A DNA stretch of 64,000 bases from an uncultured Phascolarctobacterium sp. (lineage in GTDB: Bacteria > Bacillota > Negativicutes > Acidaminococcales > Acidaminococcaceae): assembly GCF_934203365.1 (NCBI RefSeq), contig NZ_CAKPZA010000012.1; one strand, given 5' to 3'. The notes below the pieces were generated by a model. The model saw nothing but the letters and a program-made list of their open reading frames with translations, did no database searches and was not told where the DNA came from. Positions 20,785 to 31,122 of the stretch are shown here, one piece after another. The position numbers and the translations under genes were made by a program. Positions within the stretch are counted from its first letter, which is position 1. Every line of letters starts with the position of its first letter.

Positions 20785-22168
20785 TTCTTTCCAACTCCCT
20801 AACTAATTCTTCTCCAATTTTAAACACATCACCGGCACCGATGGTCATCACCAGATCGCCGGGACGTACAACGCGCTCCAGGTATTCCTCAGCCTTGGTC
20901 AGCTTGCCGATATACAGCACCTCCTGACCGGTCGCTGCTTTGATACCCTCTGCCAAATGCATGCTGCTCACGCCGGGAATTGCTTCCTCGCTGGCTGCAT
21001 AAATGTCAGTCAGAATCAGCTCATCGCAATCCTTAAAGCATTCGCAGAACTCAGAGAACAGCAGCTTGGTACGGGTGTAACGATGCGGCTGGAATACACA
21101 CAACAGACGCTCAGGCTTTGTCTGTCTGGCAGCCTTCAGCGTTACGCCGATTTCTGTCGGATGATGCGCATAATCATCAACAACCCAGACACCGTTTACC
21201 TTACCCTTGGTTTCAAAACGACGTTTGGCACCGCCGAACTTTTTCAGGGATGCAAGAATTTTGTCGGTAGCGATACCCATCTCATGTGCAGCAGCAAACG
21301 CGCCCATAGAATTCAGCACATTATGTCTGCCGGGAACAATCAGATGAACCTCCGTCACAAATTCTCCCTTGTAGTACAGCTTATAGCTGGTGCCGTCAAC
21401 ACCGTAGGAAATGTCACGGGCAATGTAGTCAGCACCCTCGCCTTCTACGCCGTAGGTAATTACCTCTTTATCGGTTTCGGCAGCCAGACGGCGCACCTTG
21501 GCATTATCAAAGCAAAGGACTGCCTTGCCGCCTTCCTTGATGTTGCCTACAAACTGTTTAAAAGCCTGATATATATTTTCTTCTGTACCGTAATGGTCCA
21601 GATGATCATCTTCAATATTAGTTACTACAGCAAGATACGGATACAGCTTGAGGAAGGAGCCGTCGCTCTCATCCGCCTCCGCTACCACAAAACGGCCTGC
21701 ACCGTTGCGCGCATTACCGCCAAGGCTGCTTACCTCGCCACCGATGATAACAGTCGGGTCAATACCGCTTTCTGCCGCAATGCAGGAAATCATCGCACTG
21801 GTAGTAGTTTTGCCGTGAGCGCCTGCGACAGCTACGCCGTCGGCAGCATTCATTACTGCAGCCAGCACATCGCTGCGGTGCAGCACGGGAATACCGCGCT
21901 TTCTGGCCTCCATCAGCTCCGGATTGTTGGGATGAATCGCTGTAGAAATAACTACAGCCTCGGCATCCTCCACCTGGCTGGCAGCATGGCCCATATAAAC
22001 CATAGCGCCTTCTTCCGCCAGATGTGCCGACATATGACCGGCATTTAAATCGGAACCGCTTACATCATAGCCGCGCTTAATCAATACATAAGCAATTGCG
22101 CTCATGCCAGCGCCGCCGATACCGATAAAATGTATATTATGCAGGTTTGCTAATTTGTTTTCAGCCAC
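20774..22168 (-). CDS. murC: UDP-N-acetylmuramate--L-alanine ligase
   Basis: Mur ligase GTNGKTT-type P-loop (GAHGKTTT). 464 aa. Confidence 0.9.
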   Translation of the reverse strand: MAENKLANLHNIHFIGIGGAGMSAIAYVLIKRGYDVSGSDLNAGHMSAHLAEEGAMVYMGHAASQVEDAEAVVISTAIHPNNPELMEARKRGIPVLHRSDVLAAVMNAADGVAVAGAHGKTTTSAMISCIAAESGIDPTVIIGGEVSSLGGNARNGAGRFVVAEADESDGSFLKLYPYLAVVTNIEDDHLDHYGTEENIYQAFKQFVGNIKEGGKAVLCFDNAKVRRLAAETDKEVITYGVEGEGADYIARDISYGVDGTSYKLYYKGEFVTEVHLIVPGRHNVLNSMGAFAAAHEMGIATDKILASLKKFGGAKRRFETKGKVNGVWVVDDYAHHPTEIGVTLKAARQTKPERLLCVFQPHRYTRTKLLFSEFCECFKDCDELILTDIYAASEEAIPGVSSMHLAEGIKAATGQEVLYIGKLTKAEEYLERVVRPGDLVMTIGAGDVFKIGEELVRELERNAD

Positions 22169-22181
22169 TCGAGGCCCTCCC

Positions 22182-23285
22182 TTATTGTTTAGTCAAGGCC
22201 ACAGCCTCTTTGGCTATAACCTCTGCAGCCTGCGGTCTGCCAAGCTTTTGGGCCGCCGCATGCATCTGCTGCAATTCCTCTTCATGTACTAATAAATGCT
22301 CGATAAACTCCAAAACGGTGTCACCCGTCAGGTCCTTATCAAGAATAACCTTGGCAGCACCTTGAGCCTCTACCGCTCTGGCATTAAACTCCTGGTGATT
22401 TGCCGTAGCATACGGATATGGTACCAGAAGCGACGGCACTCCCTTAGCCATCAGCTCTGCCAAACCGATTGCACCGGCACGGAATACTGCCAAATCTGCC
22501 GCAGCCAACGCTACCGGCATATTATGCAGATAAGGCTTGATGATAATATTATCTGCCACACCGCCGCGCTTTTTAATTTCTGCCATATAGGCTTCATAAT
22601 TCACATCACCGGTCGCATGCAGCACCTGTACCTCGGCTCTGCCGGAAAGCGCCAGCTCTGCTTCGAGCATCGCGTTGTTGATAGTGCGCGCACCACGGCT
22701 GCCGCCGGAAACGAGAATCGTTTTCTTCGCCGGGTCCAGCCCCAGCTCCTTAACAGCTTCCTCACGCGTATGCTGCAGAATTTCACTGCGGATAGGATTG
22801 CCGGTATATTCCAGCTCTGCCTTGCCGTGAAAATATTTGCCGCCCTCTTTATAACCTAAAAATACTTTGCGCACATAACGTGACAAAATTTTATTGGTTA
22901 CACCGGGCATCGCGTTCTGCTCCTGAATGCAGCAGGGAATTCCCTTTAACGCTGCCATGAAAACAATCGGCCCGCAGACATAACCGCCGGTACCGATTAC
23001 CAGGTCCGGTTTTTCGTTGCTGATAATCTTGTAGGCATCATATAAGCCGGCAAAAAGCTTTGCTGCACTGCGCAGGGTATCCAGGCTCAGGCTGCGCTTA
23101 AAGCCTGCTACTTCAATGAACTGCAGCTTGTAGCCGTAGCGGGGAATGATATCCTTTTCCAAGCCCTGCTGTGTGCCTACGAAGCTGATTTCCGCCTCAG
23201 GCTGCAGTTTTTTTATCTGGTCCGCAATGGTCAGGGCCGGATAAATGTGTCCGCCCGTACCGCCGCCGGAAAGAATTACCTTCAC
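22182..23285 (-). CDS. murG: UDP-GlcNAc:undecaprenyl-PP-MurNAc-pentapeptide GlcNAc transferase
   Basis: GT28 family, GGTGGH motif. Confidence 0.9.
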   Translation of the reverse strand: MKVILSGGGTGGHIYPALTIADQIKKLQPEAEISFVGTQQGLEKDIIPRYGYKLQFIEVAGFKRSLSLDTLRSAAKLFAGLYDAYKIISNEKPDLVIGTGGYVCGPIVFMAALKGIPCCIQEQNAMPGVTNKILSRYVRKVFLGYKEGGKYFHGKAELEYTGNPIRSEILQHTREEAVKELGLDPAKKTILVSGGSRGARTINNAMLEAELALSGRAEVQVLHATGDVNYEAYMAEIKKRGGVADNIIIKPYLHNMPVALAAADLAVFRAGAIGLAELMAKGVPSLLVPYPYATANHQEFNARAVEAQGAAKVILDKDLTGDTVLEFIEHLLVHEEELQQMHAAAQKLGRPQAAEVIAKEAVALTKQ

Positions 23286-24682
23286 TTAACGTTACCTCCC
23301 TCCAGCTCGTGTACCAGCTTTTTAAAATAATTTCCGCGTTCTGGATAATTCTTGAACATATCAAAGGATGAGCAGGCCGGCGAAAGCAACACAACCTGTG
23401 GCTTGTGTGCCAGCGCATGCGCCTTGCTGACTGCGTCCTCAAAGCTGTCGGCCAGCACAATGTTCTGCACGCCGCAGGCAACAGCTGCCTTGTTAAAGCG
23501 CTCCTTGGCAGCGCCCAGCAGAATCAAGGCGTCGGTCTTTTCCTTAACCAGCTCCATCATCGGCTCCAACGGTGTCAGCTTATCGTGACCGCCTGCCAGC
23601 AGGATGATGTGGCCGTCCTTAAAGGCCTCCAACGCTTTAATCGTAGAATCGGTGTTGGTAGCCTTGGAATCATTGTAATACGGTACGCCATCAATCGTAG
23701 CAACGTATTCAATGCGGTGCTCAATGCTGCGGAAGTTACGCAGCACATCAGCCATATCGCTGATGCTCACACCGGCGAAAAAGCCGCAGGCAATGGCTGC
23801 CAACACATTTTCTTCGTTGTGACCGCCGAACAGATGCAGCTCGCTGATATTGCAGACAGTTTCCTGCTTGCCGTCCCAGCTGATGATAAAATTACCATCC
23901 TGCATGTAGATGCCCTGCTGCAGCTTTTCCTTGCGGCTGAAGTAACACAGACGGCCTTTAGTTTCCGCACCCCAGGTACGCACGATGGGATCATCGTAAT
24001 TAAGCACCGTAACCTGTGCCTCGCCCTGCTGACAGAAAATATTTTTCTTCGCCTCGCCGTAGGCCTCCATCGTATGATGACGCTCCAGATGATCCGGAGT
24101 CAGGTTCAGTACTACTGCGATATCAGGGCAGAAGCTGCTGACTTTTTCCAGCTGAAAGCTGGAAAGCTCGGCAGCGAGCCAGCCATCCTGCGGCAGGCTC
24201 TCTACCTCCTTGGACAGTGCCAGGCCGATGTTGCCGCCTACTGCAGAAGGCACCGGCAGACGCTTGAGCATCTCACCCACGATAGTAGTGGTAGTGGTTT
24301 TGCCGTTAGTACCGGTGATAGCGGCAATGTGACCGCCATACAGCCTGTAGCCCAGCTCAACCTCGCTGATGACCTCCAGTCCGCGCTGCTCTGCGAGCAG
24401 CACATTTGCGTTATCGCAGGCAATACCCGGAGAAAGCACCAGCACACCTGCAATATCAAGCAGGCCTTCAAATGCAGCCTGACCGATGGCCAGCCCGCCG
24501 CCAACGCTCTCTAAAAGCTGCAGCAGCTGCGGCTCCAAAGTACAGTCCATATCGTTATATAAATAAACCTGCTGCTTTCTGTCAGCCAGCACCTGCGCTG
24601 CGCCACGGCCGCTGATGCCTGCGCCGTAAACGATTACAGCATCCTTTTTAGTCATCAAGAAACACCCTCTATTCATAAACAT
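23282..24682 (-). CDS. murD: UDP-N-acetylmuramoylalanine--D-glutamate ligase
   Basis: Mur ligase motifs GTNGKTTTT. 4-nt overlap with murG. Confidence 0.9.
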   Translation of the reverse strand: MFMNRGCFLMTKKDAVIVYGAGISGRGAAQVLADRKQQVYLYNDMDCTLEPQLLQLLESVGGGLAIGQAAFEGLLDIAGVLVLSPGIACDNANVLLAEQRGLEVISEVELGYRLYGGHIAAITGTNGKTTTTTIVGEMLKRLPVPSAVGGNIGLALSKEVESLPQDGWLAAELSSFQLEKVSSFCPDIAVVLNLTPDHLERHHTMEAYGEAKKNIFCQQGEAQVTVLNYDDPIVRTWGAETKGRLCYFSRKEKLQQGIYMQDGNFIISWDGKQETVCNISELHLFGGHNEENVLAAIACGFFAGVSISDMADVLRNFRSIEHRIEYVATIDGVPYYNDSKATNTDSTIKALEAFKDGHIILLAGGHDKLTPLEPMMELVKEKTDALILLGAAKERFNKAAVACGVQNIVLADSFEDAVSKAHALAHKPQVVLLSPACSSFDMFKNYPERGNYFKKLVHELEGGNVK

Positions 24683-24743
24683 ACATAGGCTATAGCCATT
24701 TCACCGCAAAAATTACGATAAAATGGTTATAGCCGAAGATTTT

Positions 24744-25706
24744 TTATACAAATGCATTAAGCCACAGACATAAGCCAATGACAGACAATACGCAGCTTAC
24801 TGCTGTAAACACACGCACAACCTTAACCTCAGGCCAACCGCCCAGCTCAAAATGATGATGTAGCGGAGACATGCGGAAAATGCGTTTACCGCCGCTGAAG
24901 CGGAAGTAGGTAACCTGAATAATTACCGACAGTGCTTCCGCTACATAGATACCGCCGACAATAACCAGCAGCAGCTCTGTACGTGTCAAAAGCGCTAAAG
25001 CGGCAATAGCACCGCCCAAAGCCAAGGAACCGGTATCACCCATGAACACCCTGGCAGGATGACGGTTAAACAGTAAAAAGCCCAGGCAGGCACCGGTCAG
25101 TCCCAAAGAAAAACCGCTCAGATCCAGCATGCCTTGCATGTAAGCAATAAAAGCGAAAACCATGGTAACCGGCAGACTGACAAAGGAAACCAGTCCGTCC
25201 AGACCATCCGTCAGGTTTACGGCATTGGTTGTACCAACCAAAAGCAGGAAGGCCAGCACATAATAACCCCAGCCTAAATCAATGACAGCATTGATGCCGG
25301 GAACCCACAGCTCCGTATTGCGGATATGAGTTTCGGCGAAATATACATAGGCACCGGCCAGAATGAACTGCAGTAAGAATTTCTGCTTGGCAGTCAGGCC
25401 CAGATTGCGCTTCATGACAACCTTGATGTAATCATCTATAAAGCCTATGACCGCATGGCCTACTGTCAGCACCAGAGCAATAATTACATGGGGAGTAAAG
25501 TTACCCCACAGCAAAGCAACCAGCAACGCTGCCAGCATCATAAGTCCGCCCATCGTCGGTGTGCCGCTTTTCGCCATATGGCTCGCCGGTCCGCATTCAC
25601 GGATAGACTGGCCGAACTTCAGCTTATGCAGATAAGGAATCAGCACCGGGCCGATTAAAGCACACACAATAAACGCAGTCACAGGAATTCCGATTAATTT
25701 TAACAT
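24744..25706 (-). CDS. mraY: Phospho-N-acetylmuramoyl-pentapeptide transferase
   Basis: 10-TM protein with MraY signature. Confidence 0.9.
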   Translation of the reverse strand: MLKLIGIPVTAFIVCALIGPVLIPYLHKLKFGQSIRECGPASHMAKSGTPTMGGLMMLAALLVALLWGNFTPHVIIALVLTVGHAVIGFIDDYIKVVMKRNLGLTAKQKFLLQFILAGAYVYFAETHIRNTELWVPGINAVIDLGWGYYVLAFLLLVGTTNAVNLTDGLDGLVSFVSLPVTMVFAFIAYMQGMLDLSGFSLGLTGACLGFLLFNRHPARVFMGDTGSLALGGAIAALALLTRTELLLVIVGGIYVAEALSVIIQVTYFRFSGGKRIFRMSPLHHHFELGGWPEVKVVRVFTAVSCVLSVIGLCLWLNAFV

Positions 25707-25731
25707 CTACTAAAATCTCACTCTCTTAAGT

Positions 25732-27096
25732 TTACTTGAACAGCTCCAGCATCTTGTCAACCTGCATGGAATGGCTGCCCTTAAGCAGGATAATATCACC
25801 TGCGGAAGCCATCAGACGCAAAGCATCCGCTGCCTCCTGACGGTCAGCGCAATGCTTGCTCTTGCCGCCCAGCTTTGCAGCCTCATCCGCAATATAAGCA
25901 GCCTGCGGTCCGTAGGTCAGTACAAAATCTACACCGTTTTCTACAGCCCAGCGGCCTACACGGCGATGCGCGTCCTCGCTTATATCTCCCAGCTCCAGCA
26001 TATCTGCCAACACAGCAATAGTGCGAGCCTTGCCATGTGCTGCCTTCTTGGCCTCTGCCAAGGTTTTCAGTGCCGCTTCCATAGAAGCAGGACTAGCATT
26101 ATAAGCATCGTTGATAAAGGTGATATCGCCGATATAAACGATTTCCTGACGACTGCCTGTCAGACGGGCAGTTGCCAATGCCTGTGCGCTTGCTGCCATC
26201 GGCACGCCGTAGCAGAAGGCACCGGCGATAGCGCTCAGCGCATTATAAACATTATGCTCACCAATCAGCTGCAGGCTTACCTTAACAGCTTCGCCCGTAG
26301 CCTTGTGAGTGCAGGTAAAGGTAGTGCCTGCACCGGAGGTCACAATATCACTGCCGCGGAAGTCGCAGTTTTCGCCCAGGCCAAAGTAAACAACCTTTGC
26401 CTTGGTTTTGTCTGCTGCCGGCAGTACGTATTCGTTATCGCCGTTGAGCACAGCAAAGCCATCCTCCGGCAGATTAAGTACGATTTCGCTTTTGGCCTTG
26501 CCGATGTTTTCCATGCTACCCAAAAGCTCCATATGGGTTTCGCCCACGTTGGTAATCAGGCCGCTGTCAGGCTCGGCAATGCGGCACAGCTCTGCAATCT
26601 GGCCCAAGCCGCGCATGCCCATCTCCACAACGGCAATATCAGTATCAGGCTTAATGCTCAGCAAGGTTTTCGGCAGACCGATTTCATTATTGAAGTTGCC
26701 CTGAGTTTTGACAACATTATATTTACAGCTCAGGCAAGCAGCCAGCAAATCCTTCGTAGAGGTTTTGCCGTTGGAGCCTGTGATAGCAAAAACCTTCAGG
26801 CCCTGCTTGCGCAGACGGTAGGCATGCGCAAGCTGCTGATAAGCAAGCAGCGTATCCTCTACCATGAACACAGCAACGCCCGCAGGCAGACCGCTAACCT
26901 CATGGGATACAACAACGCCCGCAGCACCTAGCTCCACAGCCTTGGCGCAATAGTCATGGCCGTCAAAATTATCGCCCTTCAGCGCTACAAACAATTCTCC
27001 CGGCTTTACCGCACGGGAATCGGTGGTTACGCCGGTAAACTCAAAATCTGCACAAACAGCCTTAGTAGCTGCTAAAACTTCACTGGCCTTCAGCAT
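25732..27096 (-). CDS. murF: UDP-MurNAc-tripeptide--D-Ala-D-Ala ligase
   Basis: Mur ligase family, GSNGKTSTK. Confidence 0.9.
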   Translation of the reverse strand: MLKASEVLAATKAVCADFEFTGVTTDSRAVKPGELFVALKGDNFDGHDYCAKAVELGAAGVVVSHEVSGLPAGVAVFMVEDTLLAYQQLAHAYRLRKQGLKVFAITGSNGKTSTKDLLAACLSCKYNVVKTQGNFNNEIGLPKTLLSIKPDTDIAVVEMGMRGLGQIAELCRIAEPDSGLITNVGETHMELLGSMENIGKAKSEIVLNLPEDGFAVLNGDNEYVLPAADKTKAKVVYFGLGENCDFRGSDIVTSGAGTTFTCTHKATGEAVKVSLQLIGEHNVYNALSAIAGAFCYGVPMAASAQALATARLTGSRQEIVYIGDITFINDAYNASPASMEAALKTLAEAKKAAHGKARTIAVLADMLELGDISEDAHRRVGRWAVENGVDFVLTYGPQAAYIADEAAKLGGKSKHCADRQEAADALRLMASAGDIILLKGSHSMQVDKMLELFK

Positions 27097-28577
27097 TTTT
27101 TATCACTCCAGTATTCCATTACAACTTCTTTATCATCAAAGTGAATAGTTCTGTCCTTCAAAATCTGGTAATTTTCGTGGCCCTTGCCGGCAATCAGAAT
27201 AACATCATCGTCAGCAGCCTCTGCCAAAGCATAGCAGATAGCCTCACGTCTGTCGCTCAAACGGGTAACGTGCTTGCCCTCGGGCACATTTTGCAGCGCC
27301 GTAAAGATTTCGTCGATAATCAGCTCCGGATCCTCGGTACGCGGATTATCGGAGGTAACAACGATGTTGTCAGCCAGCTCCAGCGCCAGCGCACCCATTA
27401 TCGGACGCTTTTTGTTGTCACGGTCACCGCCGCAGCCGAACACAACCCACAGCTTGCCGCGAGTAATGGAGCGTGCGGTTTTCAGCACGTTCTCCAAGCC
27501 GTCGGGAGTATGTGCGTAGTCTACAATAACAGTATAAGGCTGTCCTGCTTCAACAAGCTGGAAACGTCCGGGAACGCCGTCAAAGCCGTCAAGTACGGAG
27601 CAGATAATATCCTTGTCAATCTTTTCGGCCAACATTGCACCGATAACGCCCATAACGTTATAAACATTGAACTCACCGGTAATCTTCAGCTCCAGGTCCA
27701 TTTCGCCCACCGGAGTGTGCAGTAAAAGTTGCATATGCTTAGGCTCTACCGTAAAGCTCAAAGGATAGATATCATTATCATGGCCTTCGCCATAGGTCAG
27801 TACGTTAGCCTTGGTACGCTCACGGATAATTGCGGAGCTCGGATCATCCATATTGAATACAGCGTTTTTATTCGGCTTGCTGCCGTCAGTCAGATGCTCA
27901 AAGAGCAGGCTCTTGGCATCGCGGTAATTCTCCATAGTTTTATGGAAGTCCAGGTGATCCTGAGTAATATTCGTCAGCACAGCGCAGTCATATTCAATGC
28001 CTGCTACACGCTTCAGCGCCAGCGCATGACTGGATACCTCCATTACGCAGTAATCGCAGCCGGCGCAGCACATAGCGTACAGCGTCTTCTGCAGGTCAAC
28101 TACGTCCGGAGTAGTGTTATGAGATTCGGTAATCTCATCGTTAATCATAATATTGATAGTGCCGATCAGGCCGACCTTGTAGCCTGCCTTGCGCAGAATC
28201 AGACGGATAATATTTGTTGAAGTTGTTTTGCCGTTAGTACCGGTCACGCCGATCATTCTCAGCTTGCGTCCCGGATAATCATAAAAATACGGCGTTACCA
28301 GCTCCATAGCCTCACGCGTATCGGCAACCTTAATCAGAGTAACGCCCTGCGGTACTTCAGCAGGAGCGTCCTCCACCAGCGCAGCAACAGCGCCCTTCTC
28401 GGCAGCCATCGCCAAAAATTTATGTCCGTCTACAGTTGCACCCTTCAGGCAGATGAAAAGACTGCCGGCTACCACCGTACGGGAATCGGCAGTTACATCA
28501 GTAATAACTTTATCAGCACTGCCAATAACCTCAGCCTGCGGCAATAAGGCAAGGAGTGAAGCTAATTGCTTTTCCAT
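27090..28577 (-). CDS. murE: UDP-MurNAc-L-Ala-D-Glu--2,6-diaminopimelate ligase
   Basis: Mur ligase family, GTNGKTTST. 495 aa. Confidence 0.9.
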   Translation of the reverse strand: MEKQLASLLALLPQAEVIGSADKVITDVTADSRTVVAGSLFICLKGATVDGHKFLAMAAEKGAVAALVEDAPAEVPQGVTLIKVADTREAMELVTPYFYDYPGRKLRMIGVTGTNGKTTSTNIIRLILRKAGYKVGLIGTINIMINDEITESHNTTPDVVDLQKTLYAMCCAGCDYCVMEVSSHALALKRVAGIEYDCAVLTNITQDHLDFHKTMENYRDAKSLLFEHLTDGSKPNKNAVFNMDDPSSAIIRERTKANVLTYGEGHDNDIYPLSFTVEPKHMQLLLHTPVGEMDLELKITGEFNVYNVMGVIGAMLAEKIDKDIICSVLDGFDGVPGRFQLVEAGQPYTVIVDYAHTPDGLENVLKTARSITRGKLWVVFGCGGDRDNKKRPIMGALALELADNIVVTSDNPRTEDPELIIDEIFTALQNVPEGKHVTRLSDRREAICYALAEAADDDVILIAGKGHENYQILKDRTIHFDDKEVVMEYWSDKKC

Positions 28578-28669
28578 TTATTAACCCCCCTGTTTTACGT
28601 TCCGCCCCTCAAGGAGCAAAGCCGTAAATTACTTCTAGTTTAATTATAGTATAGAATTTAAATTGAAAC

Positions 28670-28687
28670 GGCAGCCAAAAGGCTGCC
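28670..28687 (-). terminator. GC-rich hairpin (ggcagcc-aaaa-ggctgcc) downstream of ftsL and upstream of murE
   Basis: 7-bp GC stem followed on the minus strand by GUUUCAAUUU. Suggests a transcriptional break inside the dcw cluster. Confidence 0.35.
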
Positions 28688-28737
28688 TCCCAAAAACCCA
28701 TTCAAATTATATCACAATATAAACTGAATGGCTATGT

Positions 28738-29148
28738 TTATTTGTTATGCACAGCCAAAGAATTGCTGCTTCCGCCAGCCTTAACATAAATATTGCTGCG
28801 GGCAACACTCATACCCAAATACTGTTCGGCCAAACCGATAATACGGTCCGGTCCCTTCAGCTGTTCAACCTCGATTTTCAGCTCGTTGTTTTTGGTAATA
28901 AGCTGAGCCTCCTGCTGCTGCAGGCTCACCAGCTCATTGCCATATTGCACCATAGCATTACTGCGTAAAACAACAATGAAATAAGCTGCCATAATAAGTA
29001 AAAATGCTTTAAGAATTCTGTTGCGCAGCACCCTTCTCGGATCAGGTCTATGTACTTTTCTGCGGGCAGGCTGCTGAACCTCATATTGCTCGGCAGGCTG
29101 CTCCTGCCAAGCATAATTATCGTATTTTCTGGCAAGCATCAAAATCAC
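28738..29148 (-). CDS. ftsL: Cell division protein FtsL (septum formation initiator family)
   Basis: Single TM, coiled coil, conserved C-terminal IIGLAEQYLGM-like segment. Confidence 0.6.
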   Translation of the reverse strand: MILMLARKYDNYAWQEQPAEQYEVQQPARRKVHRPDPRRVLRNRILKAFLLIMAAYFIVVLRSNAMVQYGNELVSLQQQEAQLITKNNELKIEVEQLKGPDRIIGLAEQYLGMSVARSNIYVKAGGSSNSLAVHNK

Positions 29149-29183
29149 CCTTCATCAAAACATCAAAATTTATCTCTTATCTG

Positions 29184-30128
29184 TCAAATTTTAATTGCAT
29201 AACGCAGGCGTGCACTGCGGCTGCGCGGATTTTCTTCCACCTCTGCCTTGGAGGGAACAATATTGCCTGTTTTGCGCAGCAAAGGCTTTTTACCGCATAC
29301 GCACACCGGCAGTTGCGGCGGGCAAGTACAGCCTTTGGCAAGCTTGGCAAAGGTCTGTTTAATAATTCTGTCCTCCAGCGAATGGAAGGTAATAACACCG
29401 ATACGGCCGCCGCTCTTTAAGCGGTTCACGGCTCTTTCCATAGTATCTGCCAAAATTCCCAGCTCGTTGTTTACCTCTATGCGGATAGCCTGAAAGGTAC
29501 GCTTAGCCGGATGCGGACCGTCAAGTCTTGCTCCCTTGGGAATAGCCTTCTTGATGACATCCACCAGCTCAAAGGTAGTAGTCAACGGCTTTTCCTTGCG
29601 TGCCGCCACAATAAACTGCGCGATACGCTTCGCCCAGCGTTCCTCACCGTAACAGTGAATGATATCCGCCAGCTCTTCTTCCTTGTAGTGGTTGACGATG
29701 TACTCTGCATCCAGACTCGCTTCTTTATTCATGCGCATATCCAAAGGTCCGTCATGCATATATGAGAAACCACGCTCCGGTGTATCCAGCTGATAGCTCG
29801 AAACACCAAGGTCAAAAAAGATACCGTCAATTTCATCGATTCCCATGGAATCCAATACCTGGGAAAAGTTTTCAAAATTGGACTTGGCAACTGCGGTTTT
29901 GCAGGTAAATTTATTCAGCAAGCGTTCGGAACCGGCAGCAATAGCATCATCATCCTGATCAATGCCAATCAAAAGGCCTCCTGCCTCCAGCTGTGCGGCA
30001 AACGCACTGCTGTGCCCCGCACCACCCATCGTGCAGTCCACGTAAATACCATTTTTATCTGTAATCAGAAAGTCCACGCTCTCAGCGAGCAGAATACTTG
30101 TATGCTTAAATTCCATAGCCAACACCAA
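29184..30128 (-). CDS. rsmH: 16S rRNA (cytosine1402-N4)-methyltransferase RsmH/MraW
   Basis: SAM-MTase motifs, 314 aa. Position after mraZ. Confidence 0.9.
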   Translation of the reverse strand: MVLAMEFKHTSILLAESVDFLITDKNGIYVDCTMGGAGHSSAFAAQLEAGGLLIGIDQDDDAIAAGSERLLNKFTCKTAVAKSNFENFSQVLDSMGIDEIDGIFFDLGVSSYQLDTPERGFSYMHDGPLDMRMNKEASLDAEYIVNHYKEEELADIIHCYGEERWAKRIAQFIVAARKEKPLTTTFELVDVIKKAIPKGARLDGPHPAKRTFQAIRIEVNNELGILADTMERAVNRLKSGGRIGVITFHSLEDRIIKQTFAKLAKGCTCPPQLPVCVCGKKPLLRKTGNIVPSKAEVEENPRSRSARLRYAIKI

Positions 30129-30130
30129 TC

Positions 30131-30562
30131 TTATATTCCTAAGTCAGCAAGCTGCTCTGCGAGCTCACTCACATCCTCGGCATTTTCTTCGTTATATTCG
30201 TTCCAACGGCCTGCATCCCAAATTTCGGCTCTGCTGCCTACGCCGACAATCACAGCATCCTTTTCCAAGCCGGCATGACGACGCAGGTTTGCCGGCAAAA
30301 GCACTCTGCCCTGCTTGTCACATTCGCCCTCGCAGGCACCGCCAAAGAGGAAACGGGTAAAATCACGCGCTGTTTTGCGGCTCATCGGCAAGGCTGCCAG
30401 CTTCTGTTCCAGCTGATGCCATTGCTCCATATCGTAAACAAAAAGACAGCCATCCAGACCTTTGGTAATAATAAACTTACTGCCCAAACTTTCACGCAGC
30501 TTAGCAGGCATAGCAAGACGACCTTTTGCATCCAGAGTGTGTTCGTATTCACCTAAAAGCAT
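30131..30562 (-). CDS. mraZ: Transcriptional regulator MraZ
   Basis: Duplicated DxxxR-containing MraZ fold. 143 aa. Confidence 0.9.
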   Translation of the reverse strand: MLLGEYEHTLDAKGRLAMPAKLRESLGSKFIITKGLDGCLFVYDMEQWHQLEQKLAALPMSRKTARDFTRFLFGGACEGECDKQGRVLLPANLRRHAGLEKDAVIVGVGSRAEIWDAGRWNEYNEENAEDVSELAEQLADLGI

Positions 30563-30565
30563 TTT

Positions 30566-30600
30566 GTCGCCCCCTTTTTACCCACATTGCACCACTTTTC
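30566..30600 (-). promoter_or_regulatory. Candidate MraZ operator: three direct GTGGN-type repeats at ~10-bp spacing immediately upstream of mraZ
   Basis: Minus-strand reading: GTGGT-gcaat-GTGGG-taaaa-AGGGGG, ending 4 nt before the mraZ ATG. Confidence 0.45.
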
Positions 30601-30796
30601 TCCATTATATCGTTTATCAGCCGTAAACGCAAGTATTTCACAGCTTAATGTGAAAAAATAATCAAAAAAACGTGAACTCTGTCAAGCTTATTTCGCAAAA
30701 AATTTTCAGTAATAAATTTGGCTTTTAGAAGCACAGATGATATAATGAATGAGTACGGATTTCGTGTACAATTTTTATAAAAAGGAGACTTATACA

Positions 30797-31006
30797 ATGG
30801 TTACTAAAGATACCGGCATTATTGAAGCCGTTCAAAACCATCCTGAAATCATGGAGGTTTTCGCTGAATACGGTCTGGGCTGCATCGGCTGCATGGCTGC
30901 TCATTTCGAAACCATCGGTCAGGGCGCAGGCGCTCACGGCATTGATGTTGATGCTCTTATCGAAGATATCAACAAGGTTATTGCTGAAGCAGAAGCAAAC
31001 AAATAA
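30797..31006 (+). CDS. DUF1858-domain protein (hybrid-cluster-protein-associated redox/disulfide domain)
   Basis: 69 aa starting at ATG 30797 behind an AAAGGAG RBS. CIGCMAAH motif. Confidence 0.55.
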   Translation: MVTKDTGIIEAVQNHPEIMEVFAEYGLGCIGCMAAHFETIGQGAGAHGIDVDALIEDINKVIAEAEANK

Positions 31007-31122
31007 TATAGTGAAGCGGGATAAATACTGCATCGGCATATTTTCACCGCATAAAAAAATGAGGGAACTATCTCCAGCACAAGTGGGGACGGTTCCCTGT
31101 TTTTATAAGGAGGTCTCTGTTA

